Positions 8,120 through 18,400 of a DNA stretch of 43,611 nt are shown here, piece after piece. Each line of letters opens with the position of its first letter. Within the stretch, counting starts at the first letter, position 1. The notes under the pieces were generated by a model. The model did not search any database. It was not told the DNA's origin and was given only the letters and a program-made list of their open reading frames with translations. Source of the stretch: Erysipelotrichaceae bacterium (lineage in GTDB: Bacteria; Bacillota_I; Bacilli_A; RFN20; CAG-826); the NCBI GenBank assembly GCA_012518415.1, contig JAAYSH010000051.1, positions 1-43,611 on the forward strand, read 5' to 3'. The position numbers were made by a program, and so were the translations under genes.

Positions 8120-9955
8120 TTAGTCGACGAGTTCTTCATCCTCATCAATACCAAGGAACTGAGCATTATACATATCAGCATAAAAGCCATCAGCTTCGAT
8201 AAGTTGTTGGTGATTACCGACTTCGATAATATCACCATCACGCATAACCATAATTGTTTTAGCGTTTTTAATCGTCGATAAGCGGTGAGCGATAATAAAC
8301 GAGGTCCGACCTTTCATGAGACGGTTCATTGCATCTTGAACAAGAATTTCTGTTCTTGTATCAACGTTTGAAGTTGCCTCATCTAAGATAAGAATTTTTG
8401 GTTCGCTAATCATTGCTCGAGCGATCGTTAATAACTGCCGTTGTCCTTGAGAAATATTTGTACCGTCTTCGTTTAAGACAAACTCATATCCACCAGGCAG
8501 TGTTTGAATGAAGTGATCAGCGTGAGCAGCGATTGCGGCTTCGACGACATCTTCATCACTAGCACCATTGCGGCCATATTTAATATTGTTATTAATCGAT
8601 CCGTGGAATAACCATGTGTCTTGTAAGACCATTCCAATTGAGCGACGTAGCGCGCCACGGGAATAGTTACGAATATCAACACCATCTAACTTAATCGATC
8701 CTTCATCAATTTCGTAGAACCGCATAATTAAGTTAACGAGAGTTGTTTTTCCTGCACCAGTTGGACCGACAATCGCAATACTATCGCCAGGATTTACTTC
8801 TAAATTCATATTAGTAATTAATGATTGATCTTCTTCATAAGAGAAGGCAACGTTTTCAAATGTTACGCGACCTTCGATATTACTAAGGTCAGTAATAGCA
8901 TCAGGACCCTCTTCAACCATTTCCTCTTCATCAAGGAGGAAGAAGATTCTTTCTGCACTAGCAATCGTTAAGTTAATCGTTGAAACAATATTACCTAAGT
9001 CAGTTAATGGGCGAGTAAACATTTGTAGTAACATTAAGAATGGAACGATTAAGTTAATTCCGCCACCATCAATAAGAGCACCACCAACCGCAACAGCAAT
9101 AAAGCCAAGGTTGTTAATTGAACGCATTAATGGATAAATAACTGAACCGAAGAACTGAGCTTTGTACTCACTTCGTTGAAGTTCTTCATTTTGAAGTGCA
9201 AATTGATTTTTGACATTTTCTTCTTGGTTAAATAGTTTAACAACTGTATAGCCAGAAATGTTTTCTTCAGCATGTGCTTCAACTTCGCCAAGGTTTGCTC
9301 TAAATTTAACGAATTGTCGTTGAGAAATAAGCGTGATCGGTAATGTGACAATAAGTGCGACAGGAACGACACTAATGGCGATTAAAGCAAGTTGCCAACT
9401 AACAACAAACATAGCAACAACGCTAGCAAGCGCCATTCCAATTCCTTTAATCGAATGAATAACAATTGTCGAAATTGAATCAGAGATTGATTGAACATCG
9501 TTTGTACCACGGGAGAGAATATCTCCATACGGAGTTTGGTCATAATAGGATAAAGGAACACGATCAAGTTTAAGTTTAATTTCTTGCCGTAAGTTATAGG
9601 AGTATTCGGTTGATACTCGAATAACAATCCAATCAGCAAGCCACATCACTAATGCGTTTAAGACATAAAACGCAATCATAAGTGAAAAACTTGTAATAAT
9701 TGGCTGCCAATCAATAACAATTAACCCATTTGCATCTAAACTTAAATAAGGATTAAGTGCTAAATCAGCTTCCATAACTTTGTCTAAAATGTCACCTAAT
9801 ACTACTGGCGCAGCAACAAGCAAAATTGCTGAAAGAGCAACAATAATAATAACGAAAATAAGTCGACCGCGGACAGGTTTAAAGTAGGAGAGTAACCGGC
9901 TAAGGGTTTGTCTACGTGGTTGTTTTAATGTATAAGTTTTTCCTTTTTTTGCCAT
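8120..9955 (-). CDS. ABC transporter, fused permease/ATPase (multidrug-type exporter half, subunit B)
   Basis: 611 aa. Six-TM exporter domain followed by Walker A GPTGAGKTT, signature ISQGQRQ and Walker B ILILDEATS. Confidence 0.9.
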   Translation of the reverse strand: MAKKGKTYTLKQPRRQTLSRLLSYFKPVRGRLIFVIIIVALSAILLVAAPVVLGDILDKVMEADLALNPYLSLDANGLIVIDWQPIITSFSLMIAFYVLNALVMWLADWIVIRVSTEYSYNLRQEIKLKLDRVPLSYYDQTPYGDILSRGTNDVQSISDSISTIVIHSIKGIGMALASVVAMFVVSWQLALIAISVVPVALIVTLPITLISQRQFVKFRANLGEVEAHAEENISGYTVVKLFNQEENVKNQFALQNEELQRSEYKAQFFGSVIYPLMRSINNLGFIAVAVGGALIDGGGINLIVPFLMLLQMFTRPLTDLGNIVSTINLTIASAERIFFLLDEEEMVEEGPDAITDLSNIEGRVTFENVAFSYEEDQSLITNMNLEVNPGDSIAIVGPTGAGKTTLVNLIMRFYEIDEGSIKLDGVDIRNYSRGALRRSIGMVLQDTWLFHGSINNNIKYGRNGASDEDVVEAAIAAHADHFIQTLPGGYEFVLNEDGTNISQGQRQLLTIARAMISEPKILILDEATSNVDTRTEILVQDAMNRLMKGRTSFIIAHRLSTIKNAKTIMVMRDGDIIEVGNHQQLIEADGFYADMYNAQFLGIDEDEELVD

Positions 9956-11814
9956 TAGTTATTACCTCCTTCTATACCTAATTCGCCTTTCATAGCGTGT
10001 GCGCGTTCAATTTCATCCTCATCTAATTGAGAATTAACAATTTCTTGATAAACTTCACAATTTTGAATTAAGTAATCATGGGTGCCTTGACCAGCAATAA
10101 CACCATTGTCTAAAACAAGAATTTCATCTGCATCCAAAATTGATGATACGCGCTGACCAACAATAATAACCGCGCTTTCTTTTGTAGTTTTACTTAAAGC
10201 AGATCGAAGTCTAATATCTGTTTTAAAGTCAAGCGCACTAAATGAATCATCAAATATATATACTTCAGGTTTCTTAATTAATGCACGCGCGATTGAAAGT
10301 CGCTGCTTTTGTCCGCCGGAGAAGTTATTACCTCCACGGCCAACTGGAGCATCTAATTGCTCAGGCAACTCCCTTACAAAGTCTGCTGCTTGTGCAATTT
10401 CAAGCGCTTCCCACATTTCTTCTTCAGTGGCATCTTCTTTACCCATTTTTAGGTTAGATGCGATTGTACCGCTAAAAAGAAGTGCGGTCTGCGGGACAAA
10501 ACCAATTTTTTCACGTAATTCACGAAGTGAAAAAGCACGAACATCTTGACCATCAATACTAACTAACCCTGTTGAAGCATCATAGAAGCGAGGGATTAAA
10601 TTAATAATCGATGATTTTCCACTACCAGTCGTACCGATAATCGCCATTGTTTCACCAGGATGTACTTTAAAATTAATATCAATTAAAGTTGGTTTGTTTG
10701 CATCAGGAAATTGAAATGATACTTTATCAAACTCAACAAGTCCGCGTGTATCGGCAAAAGGTACCATTGGATTTTCGGGATCTTCAATACTTATTGGAGC
10801 ATCTAATACTTCATTAATCCGTTTCGCAGACGCTTGTGCACGAGGAACGCTAAAGAAAAGCATTGTTATCATTAAGAACGCCATCATAATCATCGATACG
10901 TATTGTGAAACAGCGACTGATTCACCAAACACCGCTAATGCAGCAGGCTCTCTTTGACTAATGAATGAGAAGGCAACTAAATAAATTGCTACTGTCATAA
11001 CGTTAAATACGATATTAATAATCGGGTTTAAAAACGAGATGATGCGATTAGTAACAAGAATTTCATTAGCTAAAGAAGCATTACCTTCTTCAAAGTATTT
11101 GTTTTCGCGGTCTTCTTGATTGAAGGCACGAATGACACGAACACCAGTAAGATCTTGTCTAAGTAATAATGTTACACGGTCCACTTTTTCTTGGATAACC
11201 GTGAACTTAGGAACGACTTGATAGAAAATTACTCCCATCGTAATTCCAATAATAATTAAGCCGCCAACAAGGAGCCAGAAGTATGTCGCTCTTGCTTGGA
11301 AGCGAGTTATTTGAATAATTGAAATAATAATAAATGCTGGACCTTGGATAATAACACGTGTTGCAAATTGAATAAGTGCTTTAACGTTATCAATGTCACT
11401 TGTTAATCTTGTTAATAGTCCTGCCGCGCCAACCCGATTATATTCATGGAGGGATAAGTCTTGTGTTCTAGCAAACACTGCATTTCTTAGATCTCTTCCG
11501 AAACTAGTTGCGATATGTGTATTTAAGAAAGGAACCATTACTGAAACAAATAAACCAATTAAAGTAATAATAAGCATCTCAATACCATAACCCCTAATTG
11601 TATCGACCATTGTCTGATATGCAGCATCATACTGCGCGGTTCCAGCAACAAGTCCTTGAACCATAGAAGTTTCGACGAAATAAGAAATCTCACTCGAGAT
11701 TTTACCCATATAACGCGGAATTTCTAAGTTTAAGTATGCGGAAAGTGCAACGAATATAATAACAAGAATTATTTTCCACCAATAAGGACGCAAATATTTA
11801 GTTAATTTACGCAT
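9955..11814 (-). CDS. ABC transporter, fused permease/ATPase (multidrug-type exporter half, subunit A)
   Basis: 619 aa. Walker A GTTGSGKSS, signature FSGGQKQR, Walker B YIFDDSFS. The D-D in place of D-E suggests the degenerate site of a heterodimeric exporter. Its stop overlaps the start of the downstream half-transporter. Confidence 0.9.
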   Translation of the reverse strand: MRKLTKYLRPYWWKIILVIIFVALSAYLNLEIPRYMGKISSEISYFVETSMVQGLVAGTAQYDAAYQTMVDTIRGYGIEMLIITLIGLFVSVMVPFLNTHIATSFGRDLRNAVFARTQDLSLHEYNRVGAAGLLTRLTSDIDNVKALIQFATRVIIQGPAFIIISIIQITRFQARATYFWLLVGGLIIIGITMGVIFYQVVPKFTVIQEKVDRVTLLLRQDLTGVRVIRAFNQEDRENKYFEEGNASLANEILVTNRIISFLNPIINIVFNVMTVAIYLVAFSFISQREPAALAVFGESVAVSQYVSMIMMAFLMITMLFFSVPRAQASAKRINEVLDAPISIEDPENPMVPFADTRGLVEFDKVSFQFPDANKPTLIDINFKVHPGETMAIIGTTGSGKSSIINLIPRFYDASTGLVSIDGQDVRAFSLRELREKIGFVPQTALLFSGTIASNLKMGKEDATEEEMWEALEIAQAADFVRELPEQLDAPVGRGGNNFSGGQKQRLSIARALIKKPEVYIFDDSFSALDFKTDIRLRSALSKTTKESAVIIVGQRVSSILDADEILVLDNGVIAGQGTHDYLIQNCEVYQEIVNSQLDEDEIERAHAMKGELGIEGGNN

Positions 11815-11817
11815 ATA

Positions 11818-12432
11818 TTAATAAAGACCTCTACTTTCTAATAATTTCATTAAACTTTCTGCGCTAGGAGCCTTAAATGATTTTGCACCGCCATATATTC
11901 GACTACGCACTAAGCCCTTTATATAGTTCCCATATATTAAGGCTAGATCGTAACTTAAAATATCACTGCGAAATTCACCTAATTGTTGCCCATAAGCGAT
12001 AATTTCATTAAACTCTTCATACTTTGAGCGTTTTCCTCGTTTTGATAATTTTTGGAGCGTCTTTTGTTCGCTTATAGAAAGAAACAAATTAATCTCATGA
12101 GGAAACAAGTTATCCTTTTTGTTCGCCAAGCCTTTACTAATAAATATAGTAAGTTCGCTAACTCCCTCATAAGGAGATGTTTTGGCAAGTTCAATAATTT
12201 TTTGGAGCGCTAAGTTTGTTTGACTTTCATTTCGTAAAATCGCAAATAATACATCCTGCTTGTTTTCGAAGTAGTGATAAAACAAACCGTGCGATATTTT
12301 TGCTTTTTTGTTAATACTACTAACACTGACATTATCAAAGCCATGTTTTGAAAATAATATTAAAGCGGCATTCATTATTTCATTGCGCCGCTTTTCTCTT
12401 ATAGCTTTGTTTTGTGCAGGTGTCTTGGGCAT
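11818..12432 (-). CDS. TetR/AcrR family transcriptional regulator
   Basis: 204 aa. The N-terminal helix-turn-helix (ILFSKHGFDNVSVSSINKKAKISHGLFYHYFENKQD) is typical of the TetR family. It is the first gene of the exporter operon. Confidence 0.85.
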   Translation of the reverse strand: MPKTPAQNKAIREKRRNEIMNAALILFSKHGFDNVSVSSINKKAKISHGLFYHYFENKQDVLFAILRNESQTNLALQKIIELAKTSPYEGVSELTIFISKGLANKKDNLFPHEINLFLSISEQKTLQKLSKRGKRSKYEEFNEIIAYGQQLGEFRSDILSYDLALIYGNYIKGLVRSRIYGGAKSFKAPSAESLMKLLESRGLY

Positions 12433-12444
12433 TTTTCTCCTTTA

Positions 12445-12474
12445 TTGACAAAGAATGTCAACATTTAAATTATA
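12445..12474 (-). promoter_or_regulatory. Candidate promoter -10 (TATAAT, 12469-12474) plus palindromic operator TTGACA-N5-TGTCAA (12445-12461) upstream of the TetR gene
   Basis: A perfect inverted repeat with 6-bp arms sits between the -10 and the RBS of the TetR gene. Confidence 0.45.
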
Positions 12475-12500
12475 CATGAATTAAACGATTTTTGCAGGAG

Positions 12501-12527
12501 AAAAAAGCAACACTATAAAAGTATTGC
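12501..12527 (-). terminator. Rho-independent terminator of the DUF368-PAP2-rsuA operon
   Basis: Minus strand: GCAATAC-TTTTATA-GTGTTGC (one G-U pair) followed by T6. Confidence 0.55.
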
Positions 12528-12562
12528 CGACTTTTTCAATATTAGGTGAAAATATTTGATAT

Positions 12563-13261
12563 TTAGTAATTTCGCAGCTTTGCAATCTCATCTTTGCTAA
12601 GTTCGCGGTATTCACCAATATGTAAATCGTCTACATGAAGAAATGCGAACTTAATTCTTTGAAGTTCTAAGACCTTATAACCAAGCGCAAGAAACATTCT
12701 TTTTACTTGGTGAAACTTACCTTCTTGCAGAGTCACCCTTGCAGTATTTTCATTAATTATTTCTAACCTCGCGGGTTTACTAGTATATTCATCATTTACA
12801 TTTATCCCCTTGCTAAACGCATCGATTAACTCAGGCGATAAGGTTTTATCAACTATCGCTTCATAAACTTTGTCAACATGATGTTTTGGTGATAGTAAAC
12901 GATGTGTGAGTTTACCATCATTAGTTAAAAGAAGCACTCCAGTAGTGTTTTTATCTAGCCTGCCAACGGGTGCTAGTTTAAACGTAGCATACTCATATAT
13001 AAGGTCTGTCACAGGAGGAGCGCCATCTTCACTAACGGTTGAAGAAATATATCCTTTTGGCTTATGTAAGAGGACATAATAAAAAGGTTGATAATGCACA
13101 GGGTAGCCATCGACTGTTATTAAAGAAGAATTATAGTCAATGTGTTCACCATATGCATGAATAACCTCACCATCAACTTGAACACGACCCTCTTTAATTA
13201 GTTTTCGAACTTCCTTCCTTGTTCCTAAACCGGCATTAGCAAGTAAGCGATCAATTCTCAT
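12563..13261 (-). CDS. rsuA: Pseudouridine synthase, RsuA/RluB family (RsuA-like size and layout)
   Basis: 232 aa. N-terminal S4 domain (MRIDRLLANAGLGTRKEVRKLIKEGRVQVDG). Catalytic motif GRLDKNTTGVLLLTNDG. The FHQVKRMF motif is also present. Confidence 0.8.
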   Translation of the reverse strand: MRIDRLLANAGLGTRKEVRKLIKEGRVQVDGEVIHAYGEHIDYNSSLITVDGYPVHYQPFYYVLLHKPKGYISSTVSEDGAPPVTDLIYEYATFKLAPVGRLDKNTTGVLLLTNDGKLTHRLLSPKHHVDKVYEAIVDKTLSPELIDAFSKGINVNDEYTSKPARLEIINENTARVTLQEGKFHQVKRMFLALGYKVLELQRIKFAFLHVDDLHIGEYRELSKDEIAKLRNY

Positions 13262-13883
13262 TTGCTTTCTTTCTCCTTTTACGGCGATTTAAAATTACTT
13301 CCTCAATTGCGTTAGCAGCAGCGAACGTAATAAGCGCGGAAATAAATGCATACAAAATACCGTATAAAATATCAGTCGGGTAGTGAAAACCAAAAAATAA
13401 CCTCGTCGAAGCAACAAGCGTCGCCCAAATGAGTAATGGAGCCGCAAGTTTTTTGTGATTAAATGCGACAATAAACGCGATAGTAAATTGAGCAACAGTA
13501 TGACCGCTCATAAAAGCATAAGACGTCTCTTTTGGAATATATGCGTAACTATAAGCTTGAAAGTAATCAGTCGCATATGCCATTAAAGTATCATCAACGT
13601 GTATTGGTCGCGGCCGAGCAACGATGTTTTTAATTAATATATTATTACCAATTAAATTAAATATAAGGACACCTAAACCTAAACTTAAGCCTAATTTACG
13701 GGTCTTTTTAAAAAACAGCATAATAATGACGGCAATAGATAAAACAACAGTTACTTGAATACCGTCTCCAATCCAAGTAAGAATCCGATTAAATCCATTC
13801 CAAAAACTAGAACCATGTAAGTTTTCCCAAATCCAGTGAATTAAATCAATTTCCCATTGCCACCACATATTAAACACCCTCAT
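13251..13883 (-). CDS. PAP2-family lipid phosphate phosphatase (undecaprenyl-diphosphatase / phosphatidic acid phosphatase type)
   Basis: Multi-pass membrane protein with the three PAP2 motifs: K..VARPRP, MSGHT, SR....G.HYPTD. It overlaps both neighbouring genes. Confidence 0.85.
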   Translation of the reverse strand: MRVFNMWWQWEIDLIHWIWENLHGSSFWNGFNRILTWIGDGIQVTVVLSIAVIIMLFFKKTRKLGLSLGLGVLIFNLIGNNILIKNIVARPRPIHVDDTLMAYATDYFQAYSYAYIPKETSYAFMSGHTVAQFTIAFIVAFNHKKLAAPLLIWATLVASTRLFFGFHYPTDILYGILYAFISALITFAAANAIEEVILNRRKRRKKANEN

Positions 13884-14823
13884 TTCCAGTATTATTTTCT
13901 TGCTCGCTATTATTACTAACTACTAATTCAGCATCATTGCTTTTCTTTTGGGCAAGTCCAAGAAGGAAGTAAGAAATAAAGAAGCCGCTAACAAGCATAA
14001 CTAAACAAACAACTAACTGAATCCAATCAAAATTGCCTGCAAAAGCAGCGTATTCTGTCTTTATCTCCCCATTAAAGAAAGCAGCGAATATCGAACCTAA
14101 GATAAAGCCAAGAATAACAAAATAAGTTGGAGCGTGCCAACGCTTAAGTAAAACTTGGAGTAATTTCGATACTAAAAATAAGCCGATAATAATACTTAAA
14201 ATTATTATAACAAAGACACCAATCCCAAGGCCAATATTGACACCATCAAACAAGTTTTTGGCGACAAGGACAAGTGGTCCTACATAACCAATCGAGATTA
14301 AAAACTGTGTCCCCGATATGCCTGGTGCAATAATAGCAGCAGCAAGCATCACACCAATTCCAATTAAGATTAACACTTGGGTAAAACTAAGTGCTTCAAT
14401 CGTTATTCCTTTATCACCTGCGGTGAACCAACTAATAACTGCAAAGACTACAGGGACAATAATTCCGATTACCATTAGTAAGATGTTTTTCCAATTTACA
14501 TTGCCTTTTACGACTCCGGTTAATTCACGGAATCCTCCAAGCGTCAAGCCAGCGACAAAAGTGATTGTTGGGAAAGGATATAGTTCTAATAGTTTAGTTA
14601 AAGGCCAAATTAAAGCGGCGACTCCAATAATTATTCCGAGTGCCCATACCCAGGCCTTTTTAATTTGCTCGCCAGGCGACTTAGGAAAATCAGCGATAGC
14701 GTCGACAATATCATCATAAATTCCAATTAAAACAGCGACTGTACCTCCACCCATTCCTGAGACAAAAGCAAAGCCAACTGCGATACCTTCTATTAATTGT
14801 CGGAAAAACCTTTTCAAAGTCAT
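13870..14823 (-). CDS. DUF368-family membrane protein (family reported as a polyprenyl-phosphate translocase, PopT)
   Basis: 317 aa, about 8-10 TM segments. It has the N-terminal GMGGGTVAVLIGIYD motif and a second PGISGTQFL half-repeat characteristic of DUF368. RBS GAGG lies 6 nt upstream. Confidence 0.8.
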   Translation of the reverse strand: MTLKRFFRQLIEGIAVGFAFVSGMGGGTVAVLIGIYDDIVDAIADFPKSPGEQIKKAWVWALGIIIGVAALIWPLTKLLELYPFPTITFVAGLTLGGFRELTGVVKGNVNWKNILLMVIGIIVPVVFAVISWFTAGDKGITIEALSFTQVLILIGIGVMLAAAIIAPGISGTQFLISIGYVGPLVLVAKNLFDGVNIGLGIGVFVIIILSIIIGLFLVSKLLQVLLKRWHAPTYFVILGFILGSIFAAFFNGEIKTEYAAFAGNFDWIQLVVCLVMLVSGFFISYFLLGLAQKKSNDAELVVSNNSEQENNTGNEGV

Positions 14824-14847
14824 AAACTACCTCGCCTGCGTTTACTT

Positions 14848-14853
14848 ATTATA
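14848..14853 (-). promoter_or_regulatory. Candidate -10 (TATAAT) for the DUF368 operon
   Basis: The reverse complement reads TATAAT, about 25 nt upstream of the ATG. No convincing -35. Confidence 0.3.
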
Positions 14854-14876
14854 CTAATTTTTGTTAACTAAAAAAA

Positions 14877-14885
14877 TGGTATAAT
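14877..14885 (+). promoter_or_regulatory. Extended -10 promoter (TGgTATAAT) for pth-mfd
   Basis: A perfect TGnTATAAT lies 25 nt upstream of the pth ATG, and RBS AAGGGAG follows it. Confidence 0.5.
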
Positions 14886-14909
14886 ATTTTAGCAAGAAAG
14901 GGAGTTTCA

Positions 14910-15461
14910 ATGAAATTAATTGTAGGGCTAGGCAATCCAGGCCGCAAGTATGAAAAAACACGGCATAATCTTGGGTTTAAAGTGATTGATTTTATCGCTG
15001 AACGTAACAAGATTGATGTGGACCGAGAATCTTTTCGCGGACTTTTTGGGCGCGGAAAAATCAAAGGTGAAGATGTAATTTTATTTAAGCCACAAACATA
15101 TATGAATTTGTCTGGCCAAGCTGTTTTAGAAATTGTGAACTATTTTAAAATTGAAACTGAAGACATTTTTATCATTTTTGATGATATGGCACTTCCAGTT
15201 GGTAAAATTAGATTACGGTTAAGCGGCTCAGCGGGAGGACACAACGGGATGGCAGACATTATCCGTTTACTTCACACGAATGAAATTAAGCGCATCCGAA
15301 TTGGAATAGGCGAGCCTGAATTTAATAGTGTAGATTACGTTTTGAGCAAACCATCAAAAGAGGAACAAAAACTACTAAACGAAGCGATCGAAGCAGCAGG
15401 AAAAGCGATCGAGGCTACTTTTGAGCAAGATTTTAACTACGCAATGACGAAGTTTAATTAA
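14910..15461 (+). CDS. pth: Peptidyl-tRNA hydrolase
   Basis: 183 aa. MKLIVGLGNPG..Y..TRHN.GF N-terminus and GGHNG motif. Confidence 0.95.
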   Translation: MKLIVGLGNPGRKYEKTRHNLGFKVIDFIAERNKIDVDRESFRGLFGRGKIKGEDVILFKPQTYMNLSGQAVLEIVNYFKIETEDIFIIFDDMALPVGKIRLRLSGSAGGHNGMADIIRLLHTNEIKRIRIGIGEPEFNSVDYVLSKPSKEEQKLLNEAIEAAGKAIEATFEQDFNYAMTKFN

Positions 15462-15473
15462 GGAGGGAACCAT

Positions 15474-18400
15474 TTGAGAAGTATATTCTCACTCCTAAAC
15501 AATAACGAAGCGACCACCCGTCTGTTACAAAAACGGGGGATTTTTGTCGTGGATGAAGTTATCGGTGCAACGCTTTTAATTGCGACGGCTTTTAAAGAAC
15601 AACCCGAAGATATAGTCGTTATTACGTCGAATTTATATAATGCCCAAAAAGTTTATGAAGGACTCTTAGGTTTTCTTAGTGAAGATGAAGTTTATTATTT
15701 TCCAATGGATGAAATCTTACGAAGTGAATCACTAGCAGCTTCAAAAGAATTACTTGCACAAAGAATATATGTTCTAAGTAAGATCCAAACGGAACAACCG
15801 AAAATTGTTGTAACTAATACTGCAGGAGCAATGCGCTTCTTGCCAAGCAAGGATTTATTTAATAACCATACACTTCGATTTGAGGTAGGTAGTGATTATA
15901 ACTTAGGAGAAGTTATTGAGGCTTTAGTAAAAGCCGGGTATACAAGAGTAAATAAACTTGATCAATCACTGCAATTTGCTGTACGCGGTGATATTTTAGA
16001 TATATTTTCGGTTAACTTAGATAAGCCAGTGCGAATTGAGTTTTTTGATAGTGAAGTGGAAAGTATTCGCTACTTTGATATCGCAACGCACATAAGTGAA
16101 GAACAAATTAGTCAAGTTACGGTTTTGCCTGCAAGTGACACTTTGCTAAGTGAACAAGCTAGAAGCACTCTAAAAGAGCGGATAAATAAACAACTAGAAC
16201 AAGACAGCAAAAACATCCGCGGTGTAATAGGCGATGAACTTGCAAAAACCACAAGCCGCGATATCGAAAACTTACTAAATTATGATTATCATGTTTCTTT
16301 ATACAAATACTTCGGATTTGTCGAGGAAAAGCATTATAGTTTGCTCGATTACTTGGACAAACCACTTGTTATTTTAAATAATGATACACAAATAGAAGAA
16401 ACGACTTCGATGCTTGGTTACGATAGTTACAATTACTTACGCGAGTTGCATGAAATTGGAAAAAACATATCACACCTAGCAATATATCGACCGCTGGAAA
16501 GAGTTTTAGCAAGCGCAGGGGTAACAATTCGCTTCCGCGAACACTATAAAAGCCAAGAAGAGATTGTATTTAATAGTCGACCGATTATTGGTTTAGCGGC
16601 CAATATGAATGCCGCGATTAAACTAATTCAAAGTTATTTGAACGAAAACAAGAAGGTTTTGCTTGCACTTTCTACAAGATATCAGTTAAATTCGATCGCA
16701 AACGTTTTAAAAAACGAACAAATACCCTTTGAAATAGTAGAAGGGTTAAGTGTTCCTGAAGGTAAGTTAGGTCTTACTACATTTTATTTAGATAACGGCT
16801 TCGAATTGCTTGATGAAAATTTTGTTGTTATTACTAGCCGCGAATTATATGGTTCAAAAGGAAGAGCAACAAGATTTCACTCAAGGTTTAAAGAAGCAAC
16901 AATTTTAAGGTCTTATAATGATTTAAATCCAGGTGATTATGTCGTTCATGAACGTTTTGGTATTGGCCAATTCTTAGATATTGTCACGATGCTAGTGGAT
17001 GATATTCATCAGGATTATTTACACATTAAATATTACGGTAAAGATGTTTTATATGTCCCCTTATCGCAATTTAGATTGGTTCGTAAATACATTGGAAGAG
17101 AAGGAGCGACGCCAAAGCTTAATAGATTAAATAGTAAATCATGGGAAAAAACAAAAGCAAGAATTGAAAAGCGTGTTAACGATATCGCCGATAAACTTGT
17201 CGATTTATATGCAGAAAGAATTGAAGGGAATGGCTTTGCCTTTCCAGAAGATGATGAAATCCAACTCCAATTTGAACAAGAATTCGCATATGAATTAACT
17301 TCAGATCAAAAACGTGCGATTGAAGACATAAAAAAAGATATGCAAAAAACTACCCCGATGGACCGGTTATTAAGTGGTGATGTTGGTTTTGGTAAAACTG
17401 AAATTGCGTTTAGAGCAGCATTTAAAGCAATTGGAGCAGGTAAACAAGTCGCCTTCTTATGCCCAACGACACTACTAGCAAGGCAACACTACGAAGTCGC
17501 CCTCGACCGCTTTGATACATTTGGGATTAATATTAAGATGCTTTCAAGATTAGTTAGTGATAGTGAACAAAAGAAAATTATCGGGGAATTAAAAAGCGGA
17601 GAAGTTGACTTTGTTATTGGAACGCATCGTTTATTATCAAACGATGTTGAGTTCAAAGACTTAGGATTACTAATTATTGATGAAGAGCAACGCTTTGGTG
17701 TTGAACAAAAAGAAACAATTAAAGAAATGAAAACAAACATCGATGTTTTAGCACTTTCGGCAACGCCGATTCCAAGAACCTTGCAAATGTCGCTTGTTGG
17801 AATAAGAACGATTTCCCAAATTACAACCGCTCCTCATGGCAGAATGCCAATTCAAACATATGTAATGGCCGAAAAAGATAGTGTTATAAAAGAAGTGATC
17901 CAACGAGAACTCGGACGCGGTGGGCAAGTATTTTATTTACATAACCGTGTTGCGAGTATATACGCTAAAGCGGGAAAGATTCAAAAAATGATTCCAAGCG
18001 CGAATGTTGGAGTAATTCACGGACAAATGCTTAAACAAGAAGCAGAAGATGTAATGATGCGCTTTTATAGCGGTGATATTGATATATTAGTGTGTACAAC
18101 GATTATTGAAAATGGCATTGATGTTGCAAACGCTAATACGATGATAATTGAACAAGCAGACCACTTCGGCCTTGCGCAACTTTATCAAATCAAAGGCCGT
18201 GTTGGCAGGGGAAACCGAATTGCCTATGCATATCTGCTATATCGACCACATAAAAATATGAGCGAACAAGCTAGAAAGAGACTACAAGCAATTCAAGATT
18301 TCACCGAACTTGGTAGCGGATATAAAATCGCACAACGAGATTTAATGATCCGCGGCGCGGGGGACTTACTTGGTCCCGAGCAGGCAGGGTTTATTGATAC

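Noticed and set aside
14864-15064. 66-aa minus-strand ORF across the pth promoter and start
   Set aside because: It is antisense to pth and its promoter and has no RBS.
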